NCBI GenBank assembly: GCA_902476355.1
Contig: CABSCS010000003.1
Coordinates: 21,882-85,881, forward strand
Direction of reading: 5' to 3'
Length of the DNA stretch: 64,000 nt
Source of the DNA: an uncultured Eubacteriales bacterium
Lineage (GTDB): Bacteria; Bacillota; Clostridia; Christensenellales; UBA1242
Below are positions 8,390 through 17,286 of the stretch, one piece after another; position 1 is the stretch's first letter; each line of letters begins with the position of its first letter. Made by a program: the position numbers and the translations under genes. Below the pieces are notes generated by a model, which worked only from the letters and a program-made list of their open reading frames with translations, was not told the DNA's origin and searched no databases.

Positions 8390-10363
8390 ATGGCAGATAA
8401 AAAAACAATCAAAGATAACATTATGAAATATCTTTTTTTCACAATTCTTGCAGCGGTTCTTTCCTTTCTTATTGCTTCAACATTCGTAACCATGCTTTCA
8501 CCAGAAGGCCTTTCAGTACGAGGAATAATTAAAAACCTTTCAAACAATGACACAGTTTTCTGGGGTCTTATTATGTTTGCAATTTCATTTTTGCTCGTAA
8601 TTTTGATGAAACCAAACAAGTCCAAGCCTAAACTTAAAGGTAAAGACAAAATGGAAAATCAACGTTTCTTGAACGAAAACGAACTTGACAGCAACTTTAA
8701 ACATTGCATGTGGAGCGATCTTCCAAATTTCAGCCATATGGGTCTCCCATTCCGTGCAGTCAGAAAAGGAAACAACATAAAAATCCATTTCACTTCTGAA
8801 TGCCACATTATCATTGTTGGTGCAACTGGTACTGGTAAAACCGTTTCATTCATTGAACCTGCAATCCAAATTCTTGGACATCTTAAAAACAAACCATCAA
8901 TGTTTATCACCGACTGTAAAGGTGAACTTTATTCAAGACACAGCAAAATGTTAAAAGACCAAGGATACAACCTTATGCTCCTTGACCTTTCTGAGCCATA
9001 CAATTCTATCAGATGGAATCCTCTTGAAGAAATCTATGACCACTGGCAAAGACAACTTCATCTTGAAGAAGAAATCTTGCGTCACACAAACGACAACGTC
9101 AAAAACTATAATTTTATCAAAGTTGGCGAAATTGACAATGCTGAATGGTACGAATTTGACGGAAAAGCCTTCTCAACTCTTAAAGCAGCACTCATGGAGG
9201 TTGAACTTAATAAAACCATCATCAAAGATAAGTGCTATGAAGACCTTCTTGATATTGCAAGCACAATATGTACAATTGACAACCAAAATGACCCAAGTTG
9301 GGAAAAAGGTGCAAGAGACTATTTCTATGCAGTTTTAATCGCAATGCTTGAAGATAGTGAAAATGATTCTCTTGGAATGACAAAAGAACGTTTCAATTTT
9401 TATAACGCATATAAAATTGCAATGAATAAAGATGACGACTTTGAAGTTGTAAAACAATACTTCTCTGGCAGAAGCCCAATTTCAAGAACAAAACAACTTT
9501 CAGCAAACATCACTCAAACCAACGCAAAAACCACAAGAGATGGTTTCATGTCAACCCTTAACACTAAACTTGCAATGTTTGCAGACAGTGGAATTTGCTA
9601 TTTAACTTCTAAAAACGAAGTAAATTTCTATAATTTCGATGACCAACCAACTGCATTCTTCATTAAAATTCCAGATGAAATGGCAACAAGATACACCCTT
9701 GCATCCATTATTATCGCAAATTCATACAAAAAGTTTGTTGCAAAAGCAAGAGATAACGGCAAATATATCAAAGGCAACCAAGTATGCCTCAAACGCCCAC
9801 TTATGTATATTATGGACGAGTTTGCAAACCTTCCAAAAGTATATGAACTTGAAAAGAACATTACAGTTTCACGTTCAAGACACATTTTTTTCAATATGGT
9901 TATTCAATCATATTCACAACTTGAAGGTGTTTATGGAAAGGAAAATGCAAGTACAATCAAAGGAAACTGCAAAGCAACTGTATTCCTTGGAACACCAGAC
10001 CTTGAAACAAGAAAATCATTTTCAGACGAACTTGGCTCATATACAATTGAAACATCAAGCATAAACTCTCCTGACAAAAAAGGAAAAGATTCAAGTGGTC
10101 CATCAACAACAACTTCATTTCAAACAATCCCACTCATCTACCCTTCAGACCTCGACAAATTGCCTCTTGGTGAAAACATTACTAAAATCTTTCAAAGTTA
10201 TCCTGTAAGATCAACAATTACACCATATTTCAAATGTATGGACATCTATGAAATTGGTGCATATCAACAACCATATATCCCAGGAAGAAAATTCAACGAA
10301 CAAGAAGTTTATTATGATATTCGCAGAAGAAACCGTATTGTTCTTTCCTATGATGATGAATAG
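8390..10363 (+). CDS. type IV secretion coupling protein (VirD4/TraG family ATPase)
   Basis: ATG 8390 follows a GAGGT RBS. The 657-aa product has two N-terminal TM helices, Walker A VGATGTGKT, and the motifs DCKGELY, RWNPL, YIMDEFANL and VIQSYSQLEGVYG typical of T4CPs. Confidence 0.85.
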   Translation: MADKKTIKDNIMKYLFFTILAAVLSFLIASTFVTMLSPEGLSVRGIIKNLSNNDTVFWGLIMFAISFLLVILMKPNKSKPKLKGKDKMENQRFLNENELDSNFKHCMWSDLPNFSHMGLPFRAVRKGNNIKIHFTSECHIIIVGATGTGKTVSFIEPAIQILGHLKNKPSMFITDCKGELYSRHSKMLKDQGYNLMLLDLSEPYNSIRWNPLEEIYDHWQRQLHLEEEILRHTNDNVKNYNFIKVGEIDNAEWYEFDGKAFSTLKAALMEVELNKTIIKDKCYEDLLDIASTICTIDNQNDPSWEKGARDYFYAVLIAMLEDSENDSLGMTKERFNFYNAYKIAMNKDDDFEVVKQYFSGRSPISRTKQLSANITQTNAKTTRDGFMSTLNTKLAMFADSGICYLTSKNEVNFYNFDDQPTAFFIKIPDEMATRYTLASIIIANSYKKFVAKARDNGKYIKGNQVCLKRPLMYIMDEFANLPKVYELEKNITVSRSRHIFFNMVIQSYSQLEGVYGKENASTIKGNCKATVFLGTPDLETRKSFSDELGSYTIETSSINSPDKKGKDSSGPSTTTSFQTIPLIYPSDLDKLPLGENITKIFQSYPVRSTITPYFKCMDIYEIGAYQQPYIPGRKFNEQEVYYDIRRRNRIVLSYDDE

Positions 10364-10541
10364 AAACAAAAACTCAACCGCTTGGTTGAGTTTTTTTTAT
10401 TGCAAAAATCAAATTTCACGCCTTTCAAAAATGCATAAAAGTTTTTATAAAATGTAAACTAATTGTATATTTATAAAATATATTTCAAAATCATGTCCAA
10501 ATTATTTGCGAAATATGTCGCCTTGTGATAAAATTTGTGTA

Positions 10542-12332
10542 ATGGAAAATAGGAACAAGAAAAATTCTTTGATAGCATCATTGCTTTTGTTTGCAAGTTT
10601 GTTTGCAATCTTTTTCGCATGCATCTCTATTTGTTTCACGCCACTTTCAATATCTGTTGCAGAAGAAACCGTTTCTCCTGTTGCCGATGAAGAACAAACC
10701 AAGAAAAAAGACATTTTTGAAATTTTGGATTATTTCGACATTTCACAAGAAGGCTATATCTTCAAAAAAAATGATTTCATCACAAACTATGGTTCAAACG
10801 GAAACAGCCTTGCGCTCTACACCAACCGAACCGTTACAATAAACACTGTTGAACCAGCAAACGGAAACCTTACATACACCTTTTCTGTTGCAATCAACTC
10901 TCTCACAACAATAAAACAACTTGAAGACAATGGCTATATCTATCGCGACCCACTTAACAATGAAATTATCTCATATGTTCTTGATATCAACGGCAAAACC
11001 GACGACATTGAAAACTATATCTATTTGAACCTTGAAATTCACTATCCTCCTTCCGAGGACAGACCTGGTGGATACAACGAAACACTTGAACTTCCATTTT
11101 ATATTGTTCAAACTCCAACAAACTTTGAAAAAGAAAATTCAAGTGCAACAAACGAGTTCATTTTGTGGAAATATGTATACAACAACCAACCAATTACAAC
11201 AACAGCACCAGGAAACGGCGAAACTTTCACAACCTTGAACCTCACCTTCCCATCTGGAACAAAACTTAACCCAGTTTATGTAAAGTTCATCTATTGCGGA
11301 GAGCACTATGAAATTTATCGCTATTCATATGAAGAAGCCGGCGAAAAAATTACAAAAACATTCAACTCTGCAAACGATGAAGAAATCGACATTACTGAAC
11401 TTTCATTCAATAAATCTGGAACCTATACAGTTCGCATTTTCGATAAAACTGTAAATTCCTCTTGTCCAAACAAGAACTTCTATGAATATAAGTTCATTAT
11501 CAAAAACACTTCCCTTTCAACTGACGGATTTTTCATTAACGCCCAAGACGAAAGCGGAAATCCAATCATGAACGGACAATACACCAACAGCAATGTTACA
11601 ACAATTTTCGAAAACTGGACATCAGATTTCAAAAGCCAAGTGCACAAAATCACAGTGATTCGTGCATATCAACCATCAATCAGTGAAAACATTCCTGTTG
11701 AAAAAACCTATCTTCCAGAAGAACTTCCTTCTTCTCTCACCTTTTCAGAAGACGGAACCTATGACATTAAATTTGAAAACCGCCGTGGCGACATTTTATC
11801 AGAATATAAATTTGTTATCACAAAAAGCATTAAAACCTCTTTCAAAATTGGCGACACAATCTATCGCATTGCCGATGACGAGGCATCAAACGAAACAAAA
11901 GAATTTTCAATTGATAACACAGCAACTTCAACCTATAATGGAATTCTTGGAAAAACAAACTTCTCCTTCAACATTCTTGTTGCGCGAAGCGAACCAAGCA
12001 TTGTTGGTGTTTCAAACAACGAAAGAACTTCAAATGCAGTGAACCTTAAGGTTTATGGCGTTGGAAAAATTGATGTTTACATTTCTTTGAACGGAACTCA
12101 AATGATGCTTGAAACCGAATATGAAAACGGAGGACGCCTTCCAACCCTTACAGAGCAAGGAAGTTATTTCATTAAAGTTACCGACGAAATGGGTTCTGTA
12201 ACAACAAAAACCTTCACAGTTACAATGAAACTTAACACAGCATCTATTATCTTGATTGTAATTGCATCAATCGCACTTGTCGGACTTGTTGTGTTCATCA
12301 TCTTCTCTCGTGGAAAAGTTAAAGTTAGATAG
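10542..12332 (+). CDS. surface protein with N-terminal signal/anchor, repeated beta-sandwich-like modules and a C-terminal TM anchor (candidate adhesin)
   Basis: Starts MENRNKKNSLIASLLLFASLFAIFFA. The module ending recurs three times: SGTYTVRIFDK, DGTYDIKFENRRGD, QGSYFIKVTDEMGS. The C-terminus is ASIILIVIASIALVGLVVFIIFSRGKVKVR. Confidence 0.7.
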   Translation: MENRNKKNSLIASLLLFASLFAIFFACISICFTPLSISVAEETVSPVADEEQTKKKDIFEILDYFDISQEGYIFKKNDFITNYGSNGNSLALYTNRTVTINTVEPANGNLTYTFSVAINSLTTIKQLEDNGYIYRDPLNNEIISYVLDINGKTDDIENYIYLNLEIHYPPSEDRPGGYNETLELPFYIVQTPTNFEKENSSATNEFILWKYVYNNQPITTTAPGNGETFTTLNLTFPSGTKLNPVYVKFIYCGEHYEIYRYSYEEAGEKITKTFNSANDEEIDITELSFNKSGTYTVRIFDKTVNSSCPNKNFYEYKFIIKNTSLSTDGFFINAQDESGNPIMNGQYTNSNVTTIFENWTSDFKSQVHKITVIRAYQPSISENIPVEKTYLPEELPSSLTFSEDGTYDIKFENRRGDILSEYKFVITKSIKTSFKIGDTIYRIADDEASNETKEFSIDNTATSTYNGILGKTNFSFNILVARSEPSIVGVSNNERTSNAVNLKVYGVGKIDVYISLNGTQMMLETEYENGGRLPTLTEQGSYFIKVTDEMGSVTTKTFTVTMKLNTASIILIVIASIALVGLVVFIIFSRGKVKVR

Positions 12333-12338
12333 AAAAAA

Positions 12339-12364
12339 GGCTTGCAAAACGCAAGTCTTTTTTA
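12339..12364 (+). terminator. rho-independent terminator
   Basis: GGCTTGC-aaaac-GCAAGTC followed by TTTTTT. Confidence 0.7.
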
Positions 12365-12690
12365 TTGCCTGTTTTTTTGTCTGTCACTAGCAATTGCTCA
12401 ATTTTTCCACTATGCAAACCCTTACCTTACTATTCACTTTTTGTGATAATCATCTTTTATGCTTCCTCATTATATTTATAGTTCTTCTGCTGTTTTTTCA
12501 AAAACAATATAACAAATAAATGATTTTTTTTGAATTTTGCCCTGAAGAGTTTCAAAAAAACATCTTATTTAAAATTAAAACAACCATTTCACCAACTTTG
12601 CCGGTTTAGCCACGCATATATGATTTCACAATATAAAAAACACTTGTGCATTCAATAACCAGTTTACATTGATATTTCATATCATGAAAC

Positions 12691-13464
12691 ATGGACAAAA
12701 GCATTCTTTTTTATGACAGTGGAATTGGCGGTCTTTCCACCCTTGCAAAAACCATTCAAATTCTTCCAAATGAAAAATATATCTATTTTGCCGACAACCT
12801 GCACGTTCCCTATGGCAACCGCACAAATCAAGAAATTTGCGACCTTGTTTATGCAAATATTTTGGCACTTTTAAAGCGTTTTAAAGTCAAACTTATTGTG
12901 ATTGCATGCAACACCGCAACAAGCCTTGCAATTGACTTTTTGCGTTCAAAAATCCAACTTCCAATAATTGGAATAGAGCCCGCTGTGCGCGTTGCCGAAA
13001 AGAAAAGCAAAACCAAAGAGATTTTGGTGATTGCAACAAAAGCAACAATTTGTTCAAAGCGCTATTTTTTGCTTTCAAAATCAGTTTCATGCAAAGTTCA
13101 CTCTTGCTTTTTGCCATCTCTTGCAAGCAAAATTGAACGTGGACTTATTTTTGGCGGATTGAACATTGATGCTGAAACAAATTTCATCAAAAAAACTCTT
13201 GAAAAATTTCCAAATATCGACCAAATCGTGCTTGGTTGCACACATTATAGCCTTGCCCAAGATAAACTGAAAGAACAAATAAATATTCCGCTTTCAGATG
13301 GCAATTTTGGCGTTGCAAAAAACATTAAACGCACTCTTGAAAAACAAAACATTCTTCGAAAAGAAGGGTTTTTAAACCTTCAAATTGTTTTGTCCAAAAA
13401 CAGCCCTCTTCTTTCAAAAAAATATCATGAAATTATAGAAAAACAAATATTGCACCAGTCTTAA
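12691..13464 (+). CDS. murI: glutamate racemase
   Basis: Contains FYDSGIGGLS, the IACNTA and LGCTHY cysteine motifs, and has the typical length. Confidence 0.9.
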   Translation: MDKSILFYDSGIGGLSTLAKTIQILPNEKYIYFADNLHVPYGNRTNQEICDLVYANILALLKRFKVKLIVIACNTATSLAIDFLRSKIQLPIIGIEPAVRVAEKKSKTKEILVIATKATICSKRYFLLSKSVSCKVHSCFLPSLASKIERGLIFGGLNIDAETNFIKKTLEKFPNIDQIVLGCTHYSLAQDKLKEQINIPLSDGNFGVAKNIKRTLEKQNILRKEGFLNLQIVLSKNSPLLSKKYHEIIEKQILHQS

Positions 13465-13556
13465 CCTAAAAAATTGCAATATTTTCATATTTTACTTGCA
13501 AATTGGCAATGTGTGTGCTAAAATTACACTCGAATTAAAAATAAAGGAGAACAAGC

Positions 13557-14009
13557 ATGCCTAACATTAAATCTGCAAAGAAAAGAGTTGATCTTAATGA
13601 GAAAAATAAAGCAATGAACAAGTCATATAAATCTGAACTTGCAACTGCAATGAAAAAATATGTTAAAGCAGTTGAAGCCGGAGATAAAGACCTTGCAACA
13701 AAATTGTTGCCTGAAACATTTGCTATTCTTGATAAGAATGTTGCAAGAAACATCATTCACAAAAACAAGGCTGACAGAAAAAAGGCTGAATTTAACGGAA
13801 TGCTTCAAAAAATGAACGCAAAAGTTGAAGAACCAAAAAAGGCTGTAAAGGCTGAAAAAGTTGAAGCAACAAAAGTTGAAGTTGAAGAAAAAGCAGAACC
13901 TGCTAAAAAACCTGCAAGAAAAACTGCAACCAAAAAAGCAACTGAAACCGACGCTGAAAAACCTGCAAAGAAAACAACAAGAAAAACTGCAACTAAAAAA
14001 GCGGAATAG
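13557..14009 (+). CDS. rpsT: 30S ribosomal protein S20 with a lysine/alanine-rich C-terminal extension
   Basis: Starts MPNIKSAKKRV after a GGAG RBS. The first ~85 aa are S20-like. A ~65-aa tail follows with a duplicated PAKK.(A/T)RKTATKKA unit. Confidence 0.85.
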   Translation: MPNIKSAKKRVDLNEKNKAMNKSYKSELATAMKKYVKAVEAGDKDLATKLLPETFAILDKNVARNIIHKNKADRKKAEFNGMLQKMNAKVEEPKKAVKAEKVEATKVEVEEKAEPAKKPARKTATKKATETDAEKPAKKTTRKTATKKAE

Positions 14010-14024
14010 TTCTTTATAAAAATC

Positions 14025-14049
14025 GCACTCAAATTTGAGTGCTTTTTTT
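14025..14049 (+). terminator. rho-independent terminator
   Basis: GCACTCAAATTTGAGTGC followed by TTTTTTT. Confidence 0.75.
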
Positions 14050-14290
14050 ATGCCCGTTTCTCCCCCACCAAATCACAAAATCACGTTCCAACGCCGTGTT
14101 ACAACATAAATATATTCAATATGAGAAGAAATTCATAAAAAATAGACCGTTTTAACACAAACAGTTTAACAAAACTTGCAATGTTTCCATATTGCACACG
14201 AACTCACAATGCTTCAATGAATATAAAATTTACAATATTTTCACAAATAAAACGCACAAAAAATAAAGCACCAATTGATGCTTTATTTTT

Positions 14291-15691
14291 CTATTTATTA
14301 TCTTTGTCAGACTTTTCATCTGGTTTTTGATTTTCATTTGAAACCTCTTCAGTGTCATTTTTAAGTTTTTGGTCTATAAAATCGTTCAACTCTTCCGAGT
14401 CGTCACCAATATTTTTTGCAATTTTTATTACGATTTTATCAAGGTTATGACCATTCAAAGTCTTTTTGCTTTTGTTTTGAAGAGCATGGAAGATTAAAAC
14501 GAACACAAACGACATCACCATGAACAAAACAATTGTAATGAACACTGCAAGTTTGTCGTTTAGATATACACCATAAAAATCTGCCGAGCCATTATCCTTT
14601 TCCATTTCAACAACAAAGTAGTTGTCAAAAATCAAAGTTTGAAGCGCAGAATACACATTTGCAAGGTTTTGTTTGAAATTAGCATTGCCCTCTATAACAT
14701 CAATCGTGTCATTTATGGTATATGTAATGTTGTCTTTTCCGTCATATTCATTCAGCCCAACAGTGACAAATTTTTCATATGAACCACTGAAAAAGTTGAT
14801 GACATTTATATTTTTTGCCATGAAAACCGCATGGTCACTTTCAAGCCCAACATGGGTGTATGAAAGTCCGTTTGGGCTTTCTTCTGAAAAGTGCATCACA
14901 TTTTTAAGTTGCAAATTTTTGAAACTTGGAAGCATTTTTGAAACAAATTTTGTTTGTGAAGAAGAAAATTCGTTCACATAGAAATAGTTGAAATCGCCAA
15001 GTCCAATCTTGTCAACATTTATCACCGCAAGAATATCTTTTGCGCTGGCATTAGAAATGTCTTGCATATAGAATTTTGAACCAGCATAAGAATTGTTGCT
15101 TGCGCCAAAGAAAACAATTTCAATTGTGAAGCCCGCATCCTCTGCGCTGTTTAGATATTTTGCAAACGCAAGCAAGGTTGCAACGCTTGCACCGCTTTCA
15201 TTCACACCTTCGCTTGCACTGATAATTTTTCCGGTTTCTTCGCTTTTTTCAAAAGTGTTTTTGCGAGGAGAAGAATCATAGTGCGTTGCAAGAATAATTT
15301 TCTTTTTTGATGCAGTTTCTGTTGGTTTTCTGAAAACAATGTTTTGTGAAACTTTTGTCATTCCATTTGTTTCCGAAACAAACTCAAACGACTGAACGCC
15401 ATCTTTTGTTGAAAGGTTGTTCACCGCCTCAAAGTTTGACAAAAACGACATGCAAGCCCTGATATACATTGCACTGTAATATTCGGCTTTGCTTCCTGGG
15501 GTGCGATATACCCTTTCCCTTTCGGTTTCGCCATGTTGAACAAACTTTAAAAGTTCGTCATATATTTCACTTTCAATTTGAGAAGTGCTTTCTGCCAGAG
15601 CAAAAGTTGTTTGAGGCTTGAAAAATGCAAAGCCACAAACCATCATTAAAAACGCAAACAGACATGCTAAAATTTTTCTTAATCTTTTCAT
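14291..15691 (-). CDS. membrane-anchored M28-family peptidase-like protein (catalytic EE motif apparently lost)
   Basis: ATG 15691 (MKRLRKIL) overlaps the upstream stop as ATGA. M28-like blocks present: ILATHYDS, GVNESGASVATLL, INVDKIG, SDHAVF. The expected GAEE..G block reads FGASNNSYAGS. Confidence 0.6.
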   Translation of the reverse strand: MKRLRKILACLFAFLMMVCGFAFFKPQTTFALAESTSQIESEIYDELLKFVQHGETERERVYRTPGSKAEYYSAMYIRACMSFLSNFEAVNNLSTKDGVQSFEFVSETNGMTKVSQNIVFRKPTETASKKKIILATHYDSSPRKNTFEKSEETGKIISASEGVNESGASVATLLAFAKYLNSAEDAGFTIEIVFFGASNNSYAGSKFYMQDISNASAKDILAVINVDKIGLGDFNYFYVNEFSSSQTKFVSKMLPSFKNLQLKNVMHFSEESPNGLSYTHVGLESDHAVFMAKNINVINFFSGSYEKFVTVGLNEYDGKDNITYTINDTIDVIEGNANFKQNLANVYSALQTLIFDNYFVVEMEKDNGSADFYGVYLNDKLAVFITIVLFMVMSFVFVLIFHALQNKSKKTLNGHNLDKIVIKIAKNIGDDSEELNDFIDQKLKNDTEEVSNENQKPDEKSDKDNK

Positions 15692-16257
15692 AGCACACCC
15701 CACGCAAGAAACACCATTTCAACAATTTCATAGATAAAAACTGGATATGCCAGTGTTTTAAAAACAAACTGTCCAACAAGTGGTTCAACATATTCTTTGC
15801 TTAAATCAAAATATAAAACGACAACCAAAAGCATATTGAAAAGCATTTCAAAAATGCATGCATAGGTTGCAAAATATGGAAAGAAAAAGCGAATGTTTAA
15901 AATGAATCCCAAAATAAGATTTCGAATGATATACCAAAATCTGAACTTGTTTTTCAAAACATCTTTTGGAATCATGAACGAATAAATTGAAAATCCAAGG
16001 CAAAAACGATAAACAAAGAACAACATTTCAAAAACAAGATAGTCGAAAATTCCTTTCAAAAGCACGTTTCCAAACAGATAAAACGAAAGCGAATCTGTTG
16101 GAAAGAAATAATGTACGGCAGTGTTAATGTCTGTCATTGTTGTGTAAAGATTCAGCCAAATAAAAGACAAAAGCAAAAATACTGGCAAAACAATTTCCAG
16201 CACTTTTTGTTTTTTCTTTTGCTCGGCAAAAGGCAAAGTTGATGAATAAACTGACAT
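15688..16257 (-). CDS. polytopic membrane protein, unknown function
   Basis: 189 aa with 5-6 hydrophobic segments. Translationally coupled to its neighbours. Confidence 0.6.
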   Translation of the reverse strand: MSVYSSTLPFAEQKKKQKVLEIVLPVFLLLSFIWLNLYTTMTDINTAVHYFFPTDSLSFYLFGNVLLKGIFDYLVFEMLFFVYRFCLGFSIYSFMIPKDVLKNKFRFWYIIRNLILGFILNIRFFFPYFATYACIFEMLFNMLLVVVLYFDLSKEYVEPLVGQFVFKTLAYPVFIYEIVEMVFLAWGVL

Positions 16258-16258
16258 T

Positions 16259-17233
16259 TTATCCCCTTATCTTTAATATGTTCAAAATAACCTGATACAT
16301 TGCAATGTCTTCTTTAATTTTTCCCATTTTAATGTTTCGGTCGGCTTCATAGAGCATGTCTACAATTTTTTTCAAACTTCTTGGCGAGAACACTTTTGCT
16401 TGGTTTTTCACCATTTTAACGGCATATTCTTTCACCCCAAGAAGCGAAGCAAGTTCAGCATCGGTTTTATCTTTGTTGATGGCAACAAACAAAACACGAC
16501 GATAGTTGTTGTAAAGTGGTGTCAAAATTGAAAAACCACCTTTTTTATCATTTGAAAGCGTTTCTGCAAGGTCAAGAGCCTTGAACTTATCATTTTTCGC
16601 AATGAACTCTGCGAGTTCAAAAACTTGATATTCTTTGTCTTCAACAACAAGTTTTTTCACGGTTTCAACCGAAATTTCCTGTCCGTCGGCAAAGTTTATA
16701 AGTTTGTCTGCCTCGCCTGAAATTCTTGTCATGTCGTTATTGCAAAACAAAATCAATGTTTCAAGCGCTTCACGGGTTATTTTTGCCCCCGCCTTTTCAA
16801 ATTTTGCTTTCAATGTTGAAACAAGGACATCGGTTGACAATTTATCACAATCAATGGCGCAAATTTGACCCAAATATGGCTTTAAAGCGTCTGACTGATC
16901 TGGGCTGAAAAAGATTAAAACAGTTTCTTTCATTGGGTTTTTAAGATATGAAAGAAGCCTGTCTTCTTTTGATTTATTTTTAACCGAAAAGTTATTTATC
17001 TGAACCAAACGATATTGGTCAACAAACGGAAAAACGCTTGCGCTTTCAACAATTTCTTGATGCGAAACATTGCTTCCGTCAAGAATCACACAGTTTAGTT
17101 CTGCAAGAGAAATTGCAAGTGCATTTTTGATTTGTTCAAGCGCACTGAAACAAAGATAACGGTCATTGCCCGAAATCAAATAGGCTGGACGAATTTCTTT
17201 TTGCAAATCTTTTTTCAAATCAACGAATTTCAC
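16259..17233 (-). CDS. holA: DNA polymerase III delta subunit
   Basis: GTG 17233 lies 6 nt after AAGGAGA. The product starts VKFVDLKKDLQKEIRPAYLISGNDRYL. The longer track ORF (to 17506) overlaps comEC and is rejected. Confidence 0.75.
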   Translation of the reverse strand: MKFVDLKKDLQKEIRPAYLISGNDRYLCFSALEQIKNALAISLAELNCVILDGSNVSHQEIVESASVFPFVDQYRLVQINNFSVKNKSKEDRLLSYLKNPMKETVLIFFSPDQSDALKPYLGQICAIDCDKLSTDVLVSTLKAKFEKAGAKITREALETLILFCNNDMTRISGEADKLINFADGQEISVETVKKLVVEDKEYQVFELAEFIAKNDKFKALDLAETLSNDKKGGFSILTPLYNNYRRVLFVAINKDKTDAELASLLGVKEYAVKMVKNQAKVFSPRSLKKIVDMLYEADRNIKMGKIKEDIAMYQVILNILKIRG

Positions 17234-17286
17234 AGCATTTCTCCTTGAAACTATTTTATCACACACAAAATGCAAAGTAAAGAAAA

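Noticed and set aside
12333-12690. The right boundary or att site of a mobile element between the surface-protein terminator and murI.
   Set aside because: The 360-bp spacer shows no clear direct or inverted repeat that I can match to anything else in the window. The left end of the module is outside the window, so no boundary can be called.
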